This document shows, piece by piece, positions 8,846-17,202 of a stretch of DNA of 64,000 bases. The DNA lies in assembly GCA_009776955.1 (NCBI GenBank), contig WRMW01000002.1, positions 187,154 to 251,153 on the forward strand. The letters are read 5' to 3'. Made by a program: the position numbers and the translations under genes. The notes under the pieces were generated by a model, which was not told the origin of the DNA, ran no database searches, and saw only the letters and a list, made by a program, of their open reading frames with translations. This stretch comes from Clostridiales bacterium. Its GTDB lineage: Bacteria > Bacillota > Clostridia > Peptostreptococcales > Anaerovoracaceae. Position 1 is the stretch's first letter. Each line of letters starts with the position of its first letter.

Positions 8846-9865
8846 ATGAAAGAGATAAGGACGCAGGATGCCGTAGGGCATATCATTTCGCATGATATCA
8901 CGCGGATAATACCGGGCGGGGAGAAATCGGTCGCATTCAAGAAAGGCCATGTGGTTCGCGAGGAAGACATAGAGGAACTGCTGAAGGTCGGGAAGTCGCA
9001 CTTATATGTTTGGGAAAACGACGGCAGCGTGCTGCATGAGAATGAAGCGGCTGCTGTTTTGGCGTCCTTGGTGGGGGGCGATGAGCTGATACGCGGCGAG
9101 GTCAAGGAAGGGAAGATAGAGCTGTTTGCGGACAGGAGTGGGCTGCTGCGTGTGGACAAGGAAAAGCTTGCCGTACTGAATGCGTTCGGTGAAGTGATGG
9201 TTGCGACGCGCCACGACCTGTCGCCAGTGAGGCCGGGGGACAAGCTTGCGGGCACGCGGATAATACCGCTGGCGATTTCAGCGGAGCGGATGGATGAAGT
9301 CTGTCAGGCGGCTGCTCCTTCATCGGTGCTTGCCATCCTGCCGTATTTGCGAAAGCGGGTGGCGATAGTTACGACGGGCAGCGAGGTCTTTGAGGGGCTT
9401 ATCGAGGACGGCTTTACGCCGATAGTGCGAGAGAAGCTTGAGGATTTTGACGTAGAGGACATAGGCAATCTCAAGGTGCCCGACAACCCAGAAATGACGA
9501 CGAACGCGATTATGCGGATGGTTGAGAATGGGGCGGACGTGGTCTTTGTCACGGGAGGGATGAGCGTGGATCCTGACGACCGTACGCCGCTTGCGATAAA
9601 GAATACGGGTGCGGAGGTCGTTTCCTATGGGGCACCGGTGCTGCCGGGGGCTATGTTTATGGTGGCGTATCTGGGGGATGCGGCGATACTCGGGCTGCCG
9701 GGGTGCGTGATGCACGCGAAGCGGACGATACTTGATCTGGTGCTGCCGCGCGTGATGGCAGGGCTGCGCGTAAGTTTGGAGGATATCAATGGGCTCGCGG
9801 CAGGGGGGCTGTGTTTGAGCTGTAAGGAGTGCATATTCCCCGCGTGCGGCTTCGGCGCGGTTTAA
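8846..9865 (+). CDS. Molybdopterin-binding (MoeA/MoCF-biosynthesis-like) protein with a Cys-rich C-terminus
   Basis: Core segment VAIVTTGSEV...VFVTGGMSVDPDDRTP resembles the MoCF_biosynth domain. C-terminus is CLSCKECIFPAC. Adjacent to modABC. Confidence 0.6.
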   Translation: MKEIRTQDAVGHIISHDITRIIPGGEKSVAFKKGHVVREEDIEELLKVGKSHLYVWENDGSVLHENEAAAVLASLVGGDELIRGEVKEGKIELFADRSGLLRVDKEKLAVLNAFGEVMVATRHDLSPVRPGDKLAGTRIIPLAISAERMDEVCQAAAPSSVLAILPYLRKRVAIVTTGSEVFEGLIEDGFTPIVREKLEDFDVEDIGNLKVPDNPEMTTNAIMRMVENGADVVFVTGGMSVDPDDRTPLAIKNTGAEVVSYGAPVLPGAMFMVAYLGDAAILGLPGCVMHAKRTILDLVLPRVMAGLRVSLEDINGLAAGGLCLSCKECIFPACGFGAV

Positions 9866-9985
9866 TACGCGCTATTTCCGCGAATCTCTGCGTTGCTCCT
9901 CACTCGCCTCGCGCACGTACGTCTAGTACGCTTGCGTCGGCTCGTTGCGGTGTGCCTTGACCTTCACGAAAATTTCTGCGTATTA
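9863..9985. repeat. ~120-nt GC-rich element bounded by the inverted repeat TAATACGC / GCGTATTA
   Basis: TAATACGC at 9863-9870 and its exact reverse complement at 9978-9985. Internal hairpin CGTAC-gtcta-GTACG at 9916-9930. It shares ordered short motifs with the murF insert (see findings). Confidence 0.35.
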
Positions 9986-10010
9986 CATTCATAAATAATT
10001 CCGATATATA
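9983..10010 (+). promoter_or_regulatory. Candidate promoter for modABC
   Basis: TTACAT (9983-9988), 16-nt spacer, TATATA (10005-10010). Confidence 0.4.
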
Positions 10011-10018
10011 AACAGCAA

Positions 10019-10036
10019 ATGTTGGCGTGCCAACAT
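10019..10036. promoter_or_regulatory. Candidate operator palindrome between the mod promoter and the modA RBS
   Basis: ATGTTGGC-gt-GCCAACAT, a perfect 8+2+8 inverted repeat just downstream of the predicted -10. Confidence 0.4.
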
Positions 10037-10081
10037 ACTTGTGTGGTTGGGCGTGGTAGGATTGTGGCTATAAGGAGGCTT

Positions 10082-10945
10082 ATGGCTATGAAAAAACGAA
10101 TGAAAACATTATTGGCGCTTGTTATGGTGGCTGCTGTTGTGGCGGGTTTGGCGGGCTGCGGGACGCCTGCTCCGGCGGAGGAGCCTGCACCTGCCCCTGC
10201 ACCTGCCCCTGCACCAGCTCCTGAGCCGGTGCCCGAGCCTGAACTGACAGGCGAGATAATGCTTGCGGCGGCGGCGAGCCTTGAGAACGCCTTTGTAGAA
10301 GAATTGATACCGCTGTTCAATACGGAATATCCAGGCGTGAGGGTCGTCGGCGTTTATGACAGCTCAGGCAGATTGCAGACGCAGATAGAGGAAGGCCTTG
10401 ATGCACAGCTGTTCTTCTCGGCGGCCACAAGGCAGATGAACGCGCTTGTGGATGGAGGGTTTATTGACGGCTCCACTGCCGTGAACCTGCTCGAAAACGA
10501 AGTCGTGCTTATCACGGGAATCAATACGGAGACGGAAGTGACGGGTTATGAAGATATTATGCTCGCTGCCAGCATCGGTATAGGCGACCCCGGCAGCGTC
10601 CCTGCGGGGCAGTACGCGGAAGAAGTCCTGACGAGCCTTGGGGTCTGGGGCGAGGTTGAGGCGAAGGCCAGCCATGGGACAAATGTGACCGAGGTGCTTG
10701 CGTGGGTCGCCGAGGGGAGCGCAGAGGTCGGCATAGTCTATATGACCGATGCGGCGAGCATGCCGGACAGGGTGAGGGTGATCGCGTCCGCGCCCGAGGG
10801 CACCCTTGTGACGCCAGTGTACTATCCCATAGGGCTACAAGCTGGCATGGGTGACAAGGCGGAGGCGGCACATGCGTTTATGGATTTCTTGCAAAGCCCG
10901 GCGGCGCTCGGCGTGTTCCGTTCCTACGGGTTCAGCACCCTGTAA
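10082..10945 (+). CDS. modA: Molybdate ABC transporter substrate-binding lipoprotein ModA
   Basis: RBS AGGAGG, then ATG 10082. Lipobox LAGC. (Pro-Ala)n linker. ModA-like core (AAASL...VYDSSG...GDPGSVPAGQYA). Confidence 0.85.
   Translation: MAMKKRMKTLLALVMVAAVVAGLAGCGTPAPAEEPAPAPAPAPAPAPEPVPEPELTGEIMLAAAASLENAFVEELIPLFNTEYPGVRVVGVYDSSGRLQTQIEEGLDAQLFFSAATRQMNALVDGGFIDGSTAVNLLENEVVLITGINTETEVTGYEDIMLAASIGIGDPGSVPAGQYAEEVLTSLGVWGEVEAKASHGTNVTEVLAWVAEGSAEVGIVYMTDAASMPDRVRVIASAPEGTLVTPVYYPIGLQAGMGDKAEAAHAFMDFLQSPAALGVFRSYGFSTL
10184..10222 (+). repeat. Tandem 12-nt repeat (CCTGCACCTGCC, about 3 copies) encoding the PAPAPAPAPAPAP linker of ModA
   Basis: Direct reading of 10184-10222. Confidence 0.8.
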
Positions 10946-10964
10946 GATGTAAGTTTCTTCTCTA

Positions 10965-11006
10965 TTATCCGGCGTGGGGTCGAGTGATATTCCCTGCGCC
11001 GGATAA
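10965..11006 (+). other. Intercistronic stem-loop between modA and modB
   Basis: 10-bp stem TTATCCGGCG (10965-10974) / CGCCGGATAA (10997-11006) with a 22-nt loop, followed by a weak T-run. Confidence 0.5.
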
Positions 11007-11043
11007 CCTCATATTTTAGCGCTTGTATGATAGAATTGACGGG

Positions 11044-11727
11044 ATGGATATAACACCGGTTTTGTTATCGCTAAAGACGGCGTCCGTGGCGATCCTTTTC
11101 ACCTTTGTGATAGGGACGGTCTTGGCGTACCAAGTCTGCCGCATGAAGAACGAGCATTCCAAGGCGGTGCTTGACGCATTGCTTACGCTGCCGCTCGTGC
11201 TGCCGCCGACCGTGGCGGGTTTTTTCCTGCTTTATCTATTTGGGGTGAACCGTCCGCTTGGGGCGTTTTTGGCGGAGCTTGGCATAAAGCTGGTGTTCAA
11301 TTGGGAGGCGACCGTGCTTGCCGCCGTGGTCATTTCGCTTCCGCTGATGTACCGCTCGGCAAGGGCGGCCTTCGAGCAGGTGGACCCCGTCTACCTTGAG
11401 GCAGCCCGCACCATAGGGCTGTCCGAGAGGAAGATCGCGACAAAGATACTTATCCCGCTCTCCGCGCCGGGGCTAACTTCGGGGACGATACTTTCGTTTT
11501 CGCGGGCCCTTGGCGAGTTCGGCGCCACCATTATGATTGCAGGGAATATCGCGGGCGTGTCACGCACTATGCCGCTTGCGATTTATTCCGCAGTGATGGG
11601 TGGCCGCGAGGAGGAGGCATATGGCTATATAATAATCTTGGTATTGGTGTCGTTTCTCTTTGTGTGGAGCCTGAATGTTTTCACGGAGGCCCGGTGGGGC
11701 AGATATAGGTTGAGGACGCGCAGATGA
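11044..11727 (+). CDS. modB: Molybdate ABC transporter permease ModB
   Basis: Multi-TM protein with an EAA-loop-like motif EAARTIGLSERKIATKILIPL. An alternative TTG start lies at 11023. Confidence 0.88.
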   Translation: MDITPVLLSLKTASVAILFTFVIGTVLAYQVCRMKNEHSKAVLDALLTLPLVLPPTVAGFFLLYLFGVNRPLGAFLAELGIKLVFNWEATVLAAVVISLPLMYRSARAAFEQVDPVYLEAARTIGLSERKIATKILIPLSAPGLTSGTILSFSRALGEFGATIMIAGNIAGVSRTMPLAIYSAVMGGREEEAYGYIIILVLVSFLFVWSLNVFTEARWGRYRLRTRR

Positions 11728-12773
11728 GCCTTTATGTGGATGTAAGGAAAAAGTACAAGGGCTTCGAGCTTGAAACGGCGTTTTCCTCGGAGCAGGGGAC
11801 GCTTGCGTTGCTCGGCGCATCGGGGAGCGGCAAGAGCATGACGCTCAAATGCATCGCGGGGCTTATCTCGCCAGACGAGGGCGTAATAAAGCTGGACGGG
11901 CGCGTGCTGTTCGACAGCGCGGCGAAGGTAGACCTGCGACCGCAGGAGCGGGGCGTGGGATATCTGTTTCAGTCCTATGCGCTGTTCCCGAATATGACCG
12001 TAAGGCAGAATATCGCCATAGCGCACCGCGGGGACGTTGCAGGGCGGAATGCGGAAGTGGATGCCTTGCTCGCACGCTATGAGATAGAGGGGCTTGCCGA
12101 TCGCTACCCGGTGCAGCTTTCCGGCGGCGAGCAGCAACGTGCGGCGCTCGCTCGGATATTCGCATACAGGCCGCAGGCGCTTCTGCTTGACGAGCCTTTT
12201 TCGGCGCTCGACGCCTTCTTGCGCGAGAATATGCAGGCGGAGCTCAAGCGTATCATCCGTGACTATGGCGGGAGCGTGGTGCTTGTGACGCATAGCCGTG
12301 ACGAGGCGTACAGACTTGCGGACGATTTGGTTATACTCGACGGGGGGCGGCCTGCGGCGGCGGGGTCTATACGTGAGGTGTTTTCAAAGCCAGGCAATGT
12401 GAGGGCGGCACGTATCACGGGATGCAAAAATATCTCGGCGATAGAGAGGACGGGCGAGCGGAGCTTTTATGCAAAGGACTGGGGGGTGGAGCTGCGGACG
12501 GCGGAGACCGTGCTTGACGAACATGCGTTCGCAGGAATACGGGCGCATGATTTTATGGCTGCGGATGGGGGTGCGATGGGGGCAGGCGGGAGCCCAAACG
12601 TCTTTGCTATCGAGCGGCTTGACGAGATAGACGGGCCGTTTGAGAAAGATGTCATCTTCAAGGCGGCGGGGGGCACAGGCCGGATGTGGTGGATAGTCGG
12701 ACGCGACGCAGACGTGAGCGGAGTGGGGGCGTTGGGGGTGGCGCCGGAAGCGATAATGCTGCTGGAAGGGTGA
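11724..12773 (+). CDS. modC: Molybdate ABC transporter ATP-binding protein ModC with a C-terminal TOBE-like extension
   Basis: Walker A GASGSGKS, signature LSGGEQQR, Walker B LLLDEP. The ATGA overlaps the modB stop. Confidence 0.85.
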   Translation: MSLYVDVRKKYKGFELETAFSSEQGTLALLGASGSGKSMTLKCIAGLISPDEGVIKLDGRVLFDSAAKVDLRPQERGVGYLFQSYALFPNMTVRQNIAIAHRGDVAGRNAEVDALLARYEIEGLADRYPVQLSGGEQQRAALARIFAYRPQALLLDEPFSALDAFLRENMQAELKRIIRDYGGSVVLVTHSRDEAYRLADDLVILDGGRPAAAGSIREVFSKPGNVRAARITGCKNISAIERTGERSFYAKDWGVELRTAETVLDEHAFAGIRAHDFMAADGGAMGAGGSPNVFAIERLDEIDGPFEKDVIFKAAGGTGRMWWIVGRDADVSGVGALGVAPEAIMLLEG

Positions 12774-12781
12774 ACGTGGCG

Positions 12782-14257
12782 TCACAAGTACGTGGACAGC
12801 CTCTGATACGGCAACCCAATCACGTTTTCAATATCGCCACATAGCTCCAGCACATGACGCCCCCATTCGCTCTGGATGGCGTATGAGCCTGATTTGTCGT
12901 AGGGCGGGTTCGCCCGCACGTAGGCAAGGATTTCCTCGTCGGTATAGTCGCCGAGGCGTATGGTGGTGATATCGGCGAAGCTATGTCTTTCAGTGACGCG
13001 GAAGCGGCCGCCCGCCTCGTCATCGCCGCCGCCCGCCTGCCCATTGTCAGGGACGGCGTGGATGAGGCAGGCTCCGCTTATTACTTCGTGTACGCCATTT
13101 TTGAGCGACCGCAGGATAGAGAGGGCGTCCGCTTCGTCCACGGGCTTCCCTATTATGCGGTCCTTGTAGACGATGGTATCGACCCCCAAGACCCTGCATC
13201 CATCGGGCCAGTCCTTGGGGTCCAGATTGCCTAGCACCGTATCGGCTTTCAGCTCCGCTAGATATATGGTGACCTCCGCGGGGGTAAGGGGGCTGTCATC
13301 AGCTATGGTCTCGTCCGCATCGGCGGGTATGACCACATGCTTGTGGCCGTGCGCCGCAAGTATCTCCGTGCGGCGGGGCGAGGCGGACGCGAGGATAAGG
13401 GGCGCTTGCAGCTTCATATTGTCGATAAGGCGGACATCGCCTATATATGCGGCGAGCATAAGCAAGTCGCCTGGGCGGGCAGGCCTGCCTATGGGCGGTT
13501 CAAAGGTGAGAGGATCCACAATAGTGGCATAGTCTAGGCGGGCGAGCGGCGTGGCTTCAATGCCGTCCGCAAGGTGAGCCGTGAGCTTCCTGGCGTCTTT
13601 TTCGCCGGCATCGAACAAGGTTCTTGTCTCGGCAAGGGATTTGTACAGGCAGAGAGCGGCGGCGCGTTCGTCTGCTGAAAGCCTTGCGTTCCTTGAGCTC
13701 ATAGCGAGCCCGTCCGCCTCCCTGATGGTAGGGCACCCTACGACTTCCACGGGTATGGATAGCTCGTCCGCCATCTTCTTTACGATGGCAAGCTGCTGCG
13801 CGTCCTTTTCGCCGAAGTATGCGCGGTCAGGGGCGCATATGCCGAACAGCTTGGCAACCACGGTAAGAACGCCTTTGAAGTGGGAGGGGCGCGAGGAGCC
13901 GCATAGACGCTCCGAGGGCCCCGTCATGTCGACGAAGGTAGAGAAGCCATCGGGATATATATGCTCCACGCTCGGCGCAAAGACGATATTCGCTCCTGCG
14001 GAAAAAGCCGCATCGGCATCGGCGGACAGCGTCTTGGGGTAGGCGGCAAGGTCGTTTTGATCGTCGAATTGCATAGGGTTGACAAATATGCTCACCACCA
14101 CGGTGTCATTTTCGTCGGTTGCACGCCGGACTAGCGAGAGGTGACCCTCGTGGAGCGCACCCATCGTCGTGACCAGGCCGATGCTCTCGCCATGCCTGCG
14201 GGCAGAGGCAGAAAGCCTGCGAATTTCGCCTGGATCGTGGATTATTGTTTTTTCCAT
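12782..14257 (-). CDS. panC: Fusion protein: pantoate--beta-alanine ligase (PanC, N-terminal ~285 aa) plus a Maf-family nucleoside triphosphate pyrophosphatase / septum formation protein (C-terminal ~205 aa)
   Basis: PanC motifs are TMGALHEGHLSL, FGEKDAQQ, SSRN and the usual C-terminal RLIDN. Only about 5 residues later the Maf N-terminus LILASASPRRTEIL begins, and the protein ends with YDKSGSYAIQ...NVIGLP. Confidence 0.85.
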   Translation of the reverse strand: MEKTIIHDPGEIRRLSASARRHGESIGLVTTMGALHEGHLSLVRRATDENDTVVVSIFVNPMQFDDQNDLAAYPKTLSADADAAFSAGANIVFAPSVEHIYPDGFSTFVDMTGPSERLCGSSRPSHFKGVLTVVAKLFGICAPDRAYFGEKDAQQLAIVKKMADELSIPVEVVGCPTIREADGLAMSSRNARLSADERAAALCLYKSLAETRTLFDAGEKDARKLTAHLADGIEATPLARLDYATIVDPLTFEPPIGRPARPGDLLMLAAYIGDVRLIDNMKLQAPLILASASPRRTEILAAHGHKHVVIPADADETIADDSPLTPAEVTIYLAELKADTVLGNLDPKDWPDGCRVLGVDTIVYKDRIIGKPVDEADALSILRSLKNGVHEVISGACLIHAVPDNGQAGGGDDEAGGRFRVTERHSFADITTIRLGDYTDEEILAYVRANPPYDKSGSYAIQSEWGRHVLELCGDIENVIGLPYQRLSTYL

Positions 14258-15111
14258 AGCAATGAAACCATTTCCGAGTAGTCGCGACTGGGGTTTTTCT
14301 GCTTCGCCATCTCTACGAGGGTGCGCGACAGCAAGACATAGATTTCGCGTGTATCGTCTGAGAGTATATCAAGATGGCTGGCGACGGTCGCGGTGTCGCA
14401 GCGTTCGACGGGGCCGGTGAGGGCCTGGACGGCGCCGACGTCCGAGATGCTTTCCGCATTTTTAAGATAGTATGAGCGCCAAGAGCTATTTGCGAAGTCT
14501 GTATCGAGGCCGCATGATTCAAAGACCTCCGCACCTACATAGGTCAGGGCGCATGAGAGGTTGCAGATTATGGCACAAGCTGCGTGGTAGAGCATTTTTT
14601 TGGAAGCGTCCACTTCGCTGAAAGGATTGCCGAGCGCTTTAAGGAGGCCTGAAACAAAATCAATAAAAGCGGGGTCGCCTTCTATGGTGCAGGCCGCACC
14701 GAAATATTTTTTGTAGCTGGTATGGCGATCCGGGACGGCCTGCAAAGGGTGGATCGAGCCGAAAGACACGCCAGGCGGCTTTGGCTCAAAGACCTCTGTG
14801 CTCAGGCTGCCGCTGCAATGCGCGACGTATAATGCGGCATCACGATTGGAAGGCAGGGCCTCCGCCAAGGCCGCCCATACGCCTGCGATCTGCCCATCCG
14901 GTACGGTCAAGAACAATAAATCGCATTCAGCGGCCAGCTCTGCTGGGCTTCCGAAAGCCCGCCCGTTGGCGAACTCAGCCGCCGCACGCGCTGAATCCGC
15001 GCTAAGACTATAATAGCCGCAGACCTCGTAGAGCCCGCCGCAGTTCTCCTTTATATGCCGACCGAACGACCAGCCGACCTTGCCCGCACCGATAAAGCCG
15101 ATTTTGTTCAT
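14242..15111 (-). CDS. Rossmann-fold NAD(P)-binding oxidoreductase, DUF2520-like
   Basis: N-terminus MNKIGFIGAGKVGWSFG (GxGxxG). About 290 aa. Overlaps the panC start by 16 nt. Confidence 0.7.
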   Translation of the reverse strand: MNKIGFIGAGKVGWSFGRHIKENCGGLYEVCGYYSLSADSARAAAEFANGRAFGSPAELAAECDLLFLTVPDGQIAGVWAALAEALPSNRDAALYVAHCSGSLSTEVFEPKPPGVSFGSIHPLQAVPDRHTSYKKYFGAACTIEGDPAFIDFVSGLLKALGNPFSEVDASKKMLYHAACAIICNLSCALTYVGAEVFESCGLDTDFANSSWRSYYLKNAESISDVGAVQALTGPVERCDTATVASHLDILSDDTREIYVLLSRTLVEMAKQKNPSRDYSEMVSLLWKKQ

Positions 15112-15200
15112 TCACATATTGTATCACGTTGCCAAAAATATGATACAATGTGCCCGCAGGAATTTAGCAGGCGTTTATGGCGCATGGAGGATTATCACAT

Positions 15201-15668
15201 ATGGCGGAAGAAATACTTTTAACAAAAGACGGTTATGCTGCGAAGGTTGCGGAGCTTGATGAGCTTAGGACGGTCAAGCGCCCCTATATCGCGGAAAGGC
15301 TCAAGGAGGCCATCGCGTACGGAGACCTTTCCGAGAACTCGGAATACGATGCGGCAAAAAACGAGCAGGCCGAGCTGGAATACAGAATCGGTGAACTGGA
15401 GTCGCTTATCAAGAACGCAAAAGTTATTCAAGAGGATACAAAGACCGATGTGATCCGGATTGGGCATAAAGTCAAGATCCGTAAAGTCGGGTCGAAAGAG
15501 GCGGTTGAATACATTATTGTCAGCTCGAGCGAGGCGGATCCGATTCACGGGAAAATCTCCAACGTGAGCCCGGTCGGCGCCGCTCTTATAGACAAGAGGG
15601 TCAAGGATAAGGTTGATGTGAAGCTGCCGGACGGTGCGGCCAAGTACGAGATATTGTCAATTGGATAA
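15201..15668 (+). CDS. greA: Transcription elongation factor GreA
   Basis: LTKDGY...ENSEYDAAK coiled-coil tip motif. RBS GGAGGA precedes ATG 15201. Confidence 0.92.
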   Translation: MAEEILLTKDGYAAKVAELDELRTVKRPYIAERLKEAIAYGDLSENSEYDAAKNEQAELEYRIGELESLIKNAKVIQEDTKTDVIRIGHKVKIRKVGSKEAVEYIIVSSSEADPIHGKISNVSPVGAALIDKRVKDKVDVKLPDGAAKYEILSIG

Positions 15669-17199
15669 TCAGGAAGAACGGGAACTATCCTTTGAAGAAC
15701 TGAATGAGATGCGGCAGATACGCCGCGAAAAGCTTACGGCACTGCGCGAAAGCGGCCGCGATCCTTTCTTGGCGGAATGCTTTGAAGTGACCCATAAGAG
15801 CACGGTTGCCGTGCGTGATTTCGAAGCCCGTGAGCGTGAGCGCGAGGAAGCAGGCTTGGCTGAAACGCCGGACGACGAGCCGATACGCGTACAGATAGCG
15901 GGCCGCATTATGGCAAACCGCCATATGGGCAAGGCTTCATTTATAGATGTGGCAGACTCCGAGGGAAAGATACAGGTCTATGTGCGTAAAGACGGCATAC
16001 CTGATGGGGAGTACGACGTTTTCCTGACCTACGATATCGGCGATATTGTAGGGGTGAGAGGAAGCGTATTCCGTACACGGCATGGTGAGATTTCCGTCAA
16101 GGCGGAGGAGGTGGAGCTGCTTGCAAAAAGCCTGCAGATACTGCCGAACAAATGGCAGGGCTTGAAAGACCCGGATTTGCGCTACCGCCAGCGATATGTT
16201 GACCTTATCGTGAATCCCGAAGTGCGCGAAGTATTCAAAAAGCGTGCGCTTGTCATACGCGAAATAAGGAGATATCTTGAGGAAGACGAAGGCTTTCTCG
16301 ATGTCGACACTCCGATACTTACAATCATTGCGGGCGGTGCGAACGCAAGGCCTTTCGAAACGCATCATAATACGCTCGACATAGACATGAAGCTGCGTAT
16401 TTCGAACGAGCTGTTTCTGAAGCGCCTTATAGTCGGCGGCTTTGACCGCGTATACGAGATGGGCAAGATGTTCCGCAATGAGGGCATGGACAGGAATCAC
16501 AACCCGGAGTTCACGTCCATGGAGCTTTATCAGGCATACGGACAGATGGAGGATGTGATGCGCCTTACCGAGGAGGTCGCCTCGCGTGCGGCGATAGCGG
16601 CGAATGGCACGGCCGTCATCGAGTACCAGGGCAAGACCTTTGACCTAAATCCGCCTTGGGCAAGGGTCAGGATGCAGGACTTGGTCAAGGAAAAGCTGGG
16701 GGTGGATTTTGACGCCATCGACACTGACGAGGAGGCCCGCGAAGCAGCGAAGCCATATGACTTGGAAAACATACGTTCGCTTACCCGCGGGCATATCATC
16801 GCCGAACTTTTTGAGAAGTATTGCGAGGACGGTCTTGACGGCCCTGTTTTCGTCACCGGGCACCCTGTAGAGATAAGCCCGCTGTCCAAGCGCGACCCAG
16901 AAGACCCGCGTATCACTAGGCGTTTTGAAGCCTACGTGAATTGCTGGGAGATAGCGAACGGATTCTCGGAGCTGAACGACCCGATAGACCAGCTTCAGCG
17001 TTTCAAGGAGCAGCAGGCGGCGGCGACCCGCGGCGACGACGAGGCGCACCCTATGGACGAGGACTTTGTGAATGCCTTGGAAGTGGGGATGCCTCCGACG
17101 GGCGGCCTCGGAATCGGCATCGACAGGCTTGTGATGCTTGTGACGGATGCGCCGTCGATACGCGATATCATTTTATTCCCGACCATGAAGCCATTATAA
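15634..17199 (+). CDS. lysS: Lysine--tRNA ligase (class II)
   Basis: OB-fold N-domain plus class II motifs (FRNEG, GLGIGIDRLVM). The start is uncertain; an in-frame TTG at 15661 would remove most of the overlap with greA. Confidence 0.93.
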   Translation: MRPSTRYCQLDNQEERELSFEELNEMRQIRREKLTALRESGRDPFLAECFEVTHKSTVAVRDFEAREREREEAGLAETPDDEPIRVQIAGRIMANRHMGKASFIDVADSEGKIQVYVRKDGIPDGEYDVFLTYDIGDIVGVRGSVFRTRHGEISVKAEEVELLAKSLQILPNKWQGLKDPDLRYRQRYVDLIVNPEVREVFKKRALVIREIRRYLEEDEGFLDVDTPILTIIAGGANARPFETHHNTLDIDMKLRISNELFLKRLIVGGFDRVYEMGKMFRNEGMDRNHNPEFTSMELYQAYGQMEDVMRLTEEVASRAAIAANGTAVIEYQGKTFDLNPPWARVRMQDLVKEKLGVDFDAIDTDEEAREAAKPYDLENIRSLTRGHIIAELFEKYCEDGLDGPVFVTGHPVEISPLSKRDPEDPRITRRFEAYVNCWEIANGFSELNDPIDQLQRFKEQQAAATRGDDEAHPMDEDFVNALEVGMPPTGGLGIGIDRLVMLVTDAPSIRDIILFPTMKPL

Positions 17200-17202
17200 G
17201 GT

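Noticed and set aside
9866-10081. Possible Moco (molybdenum cofactor) riboswitch between the MoeA-like gene and modA.
   Set aside because: As far as I recall the Moco motif, I could not find its conserved CCUCC-type blocks or a P1 helix sequestering the RBS. The region is better explained by a TIR-bounded repeat plus a promoter and an operator. An Rfam RF01055 scan is still worthwhile.
10184-10222. Short repeats considered as a possible CRISPR array; the same question was asked of 168-205 and 59230-59275.
   Set aside because: They are 9-12-nt tandem coding repeats without spacers, lying inside ORFs (a Pro-Ala linker, acidic inserts and a Thr/Asn-rich linker).
15600-15710. T-box or other leader RNAs upstream of the aminoacyl-tRNA synthetase genes lysS, proS and cysS.
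   Set aside because: All three genes overlap or abut the preceding gene (greA, ispDF and the M23 peptidase), which leaves no untranslated leader.
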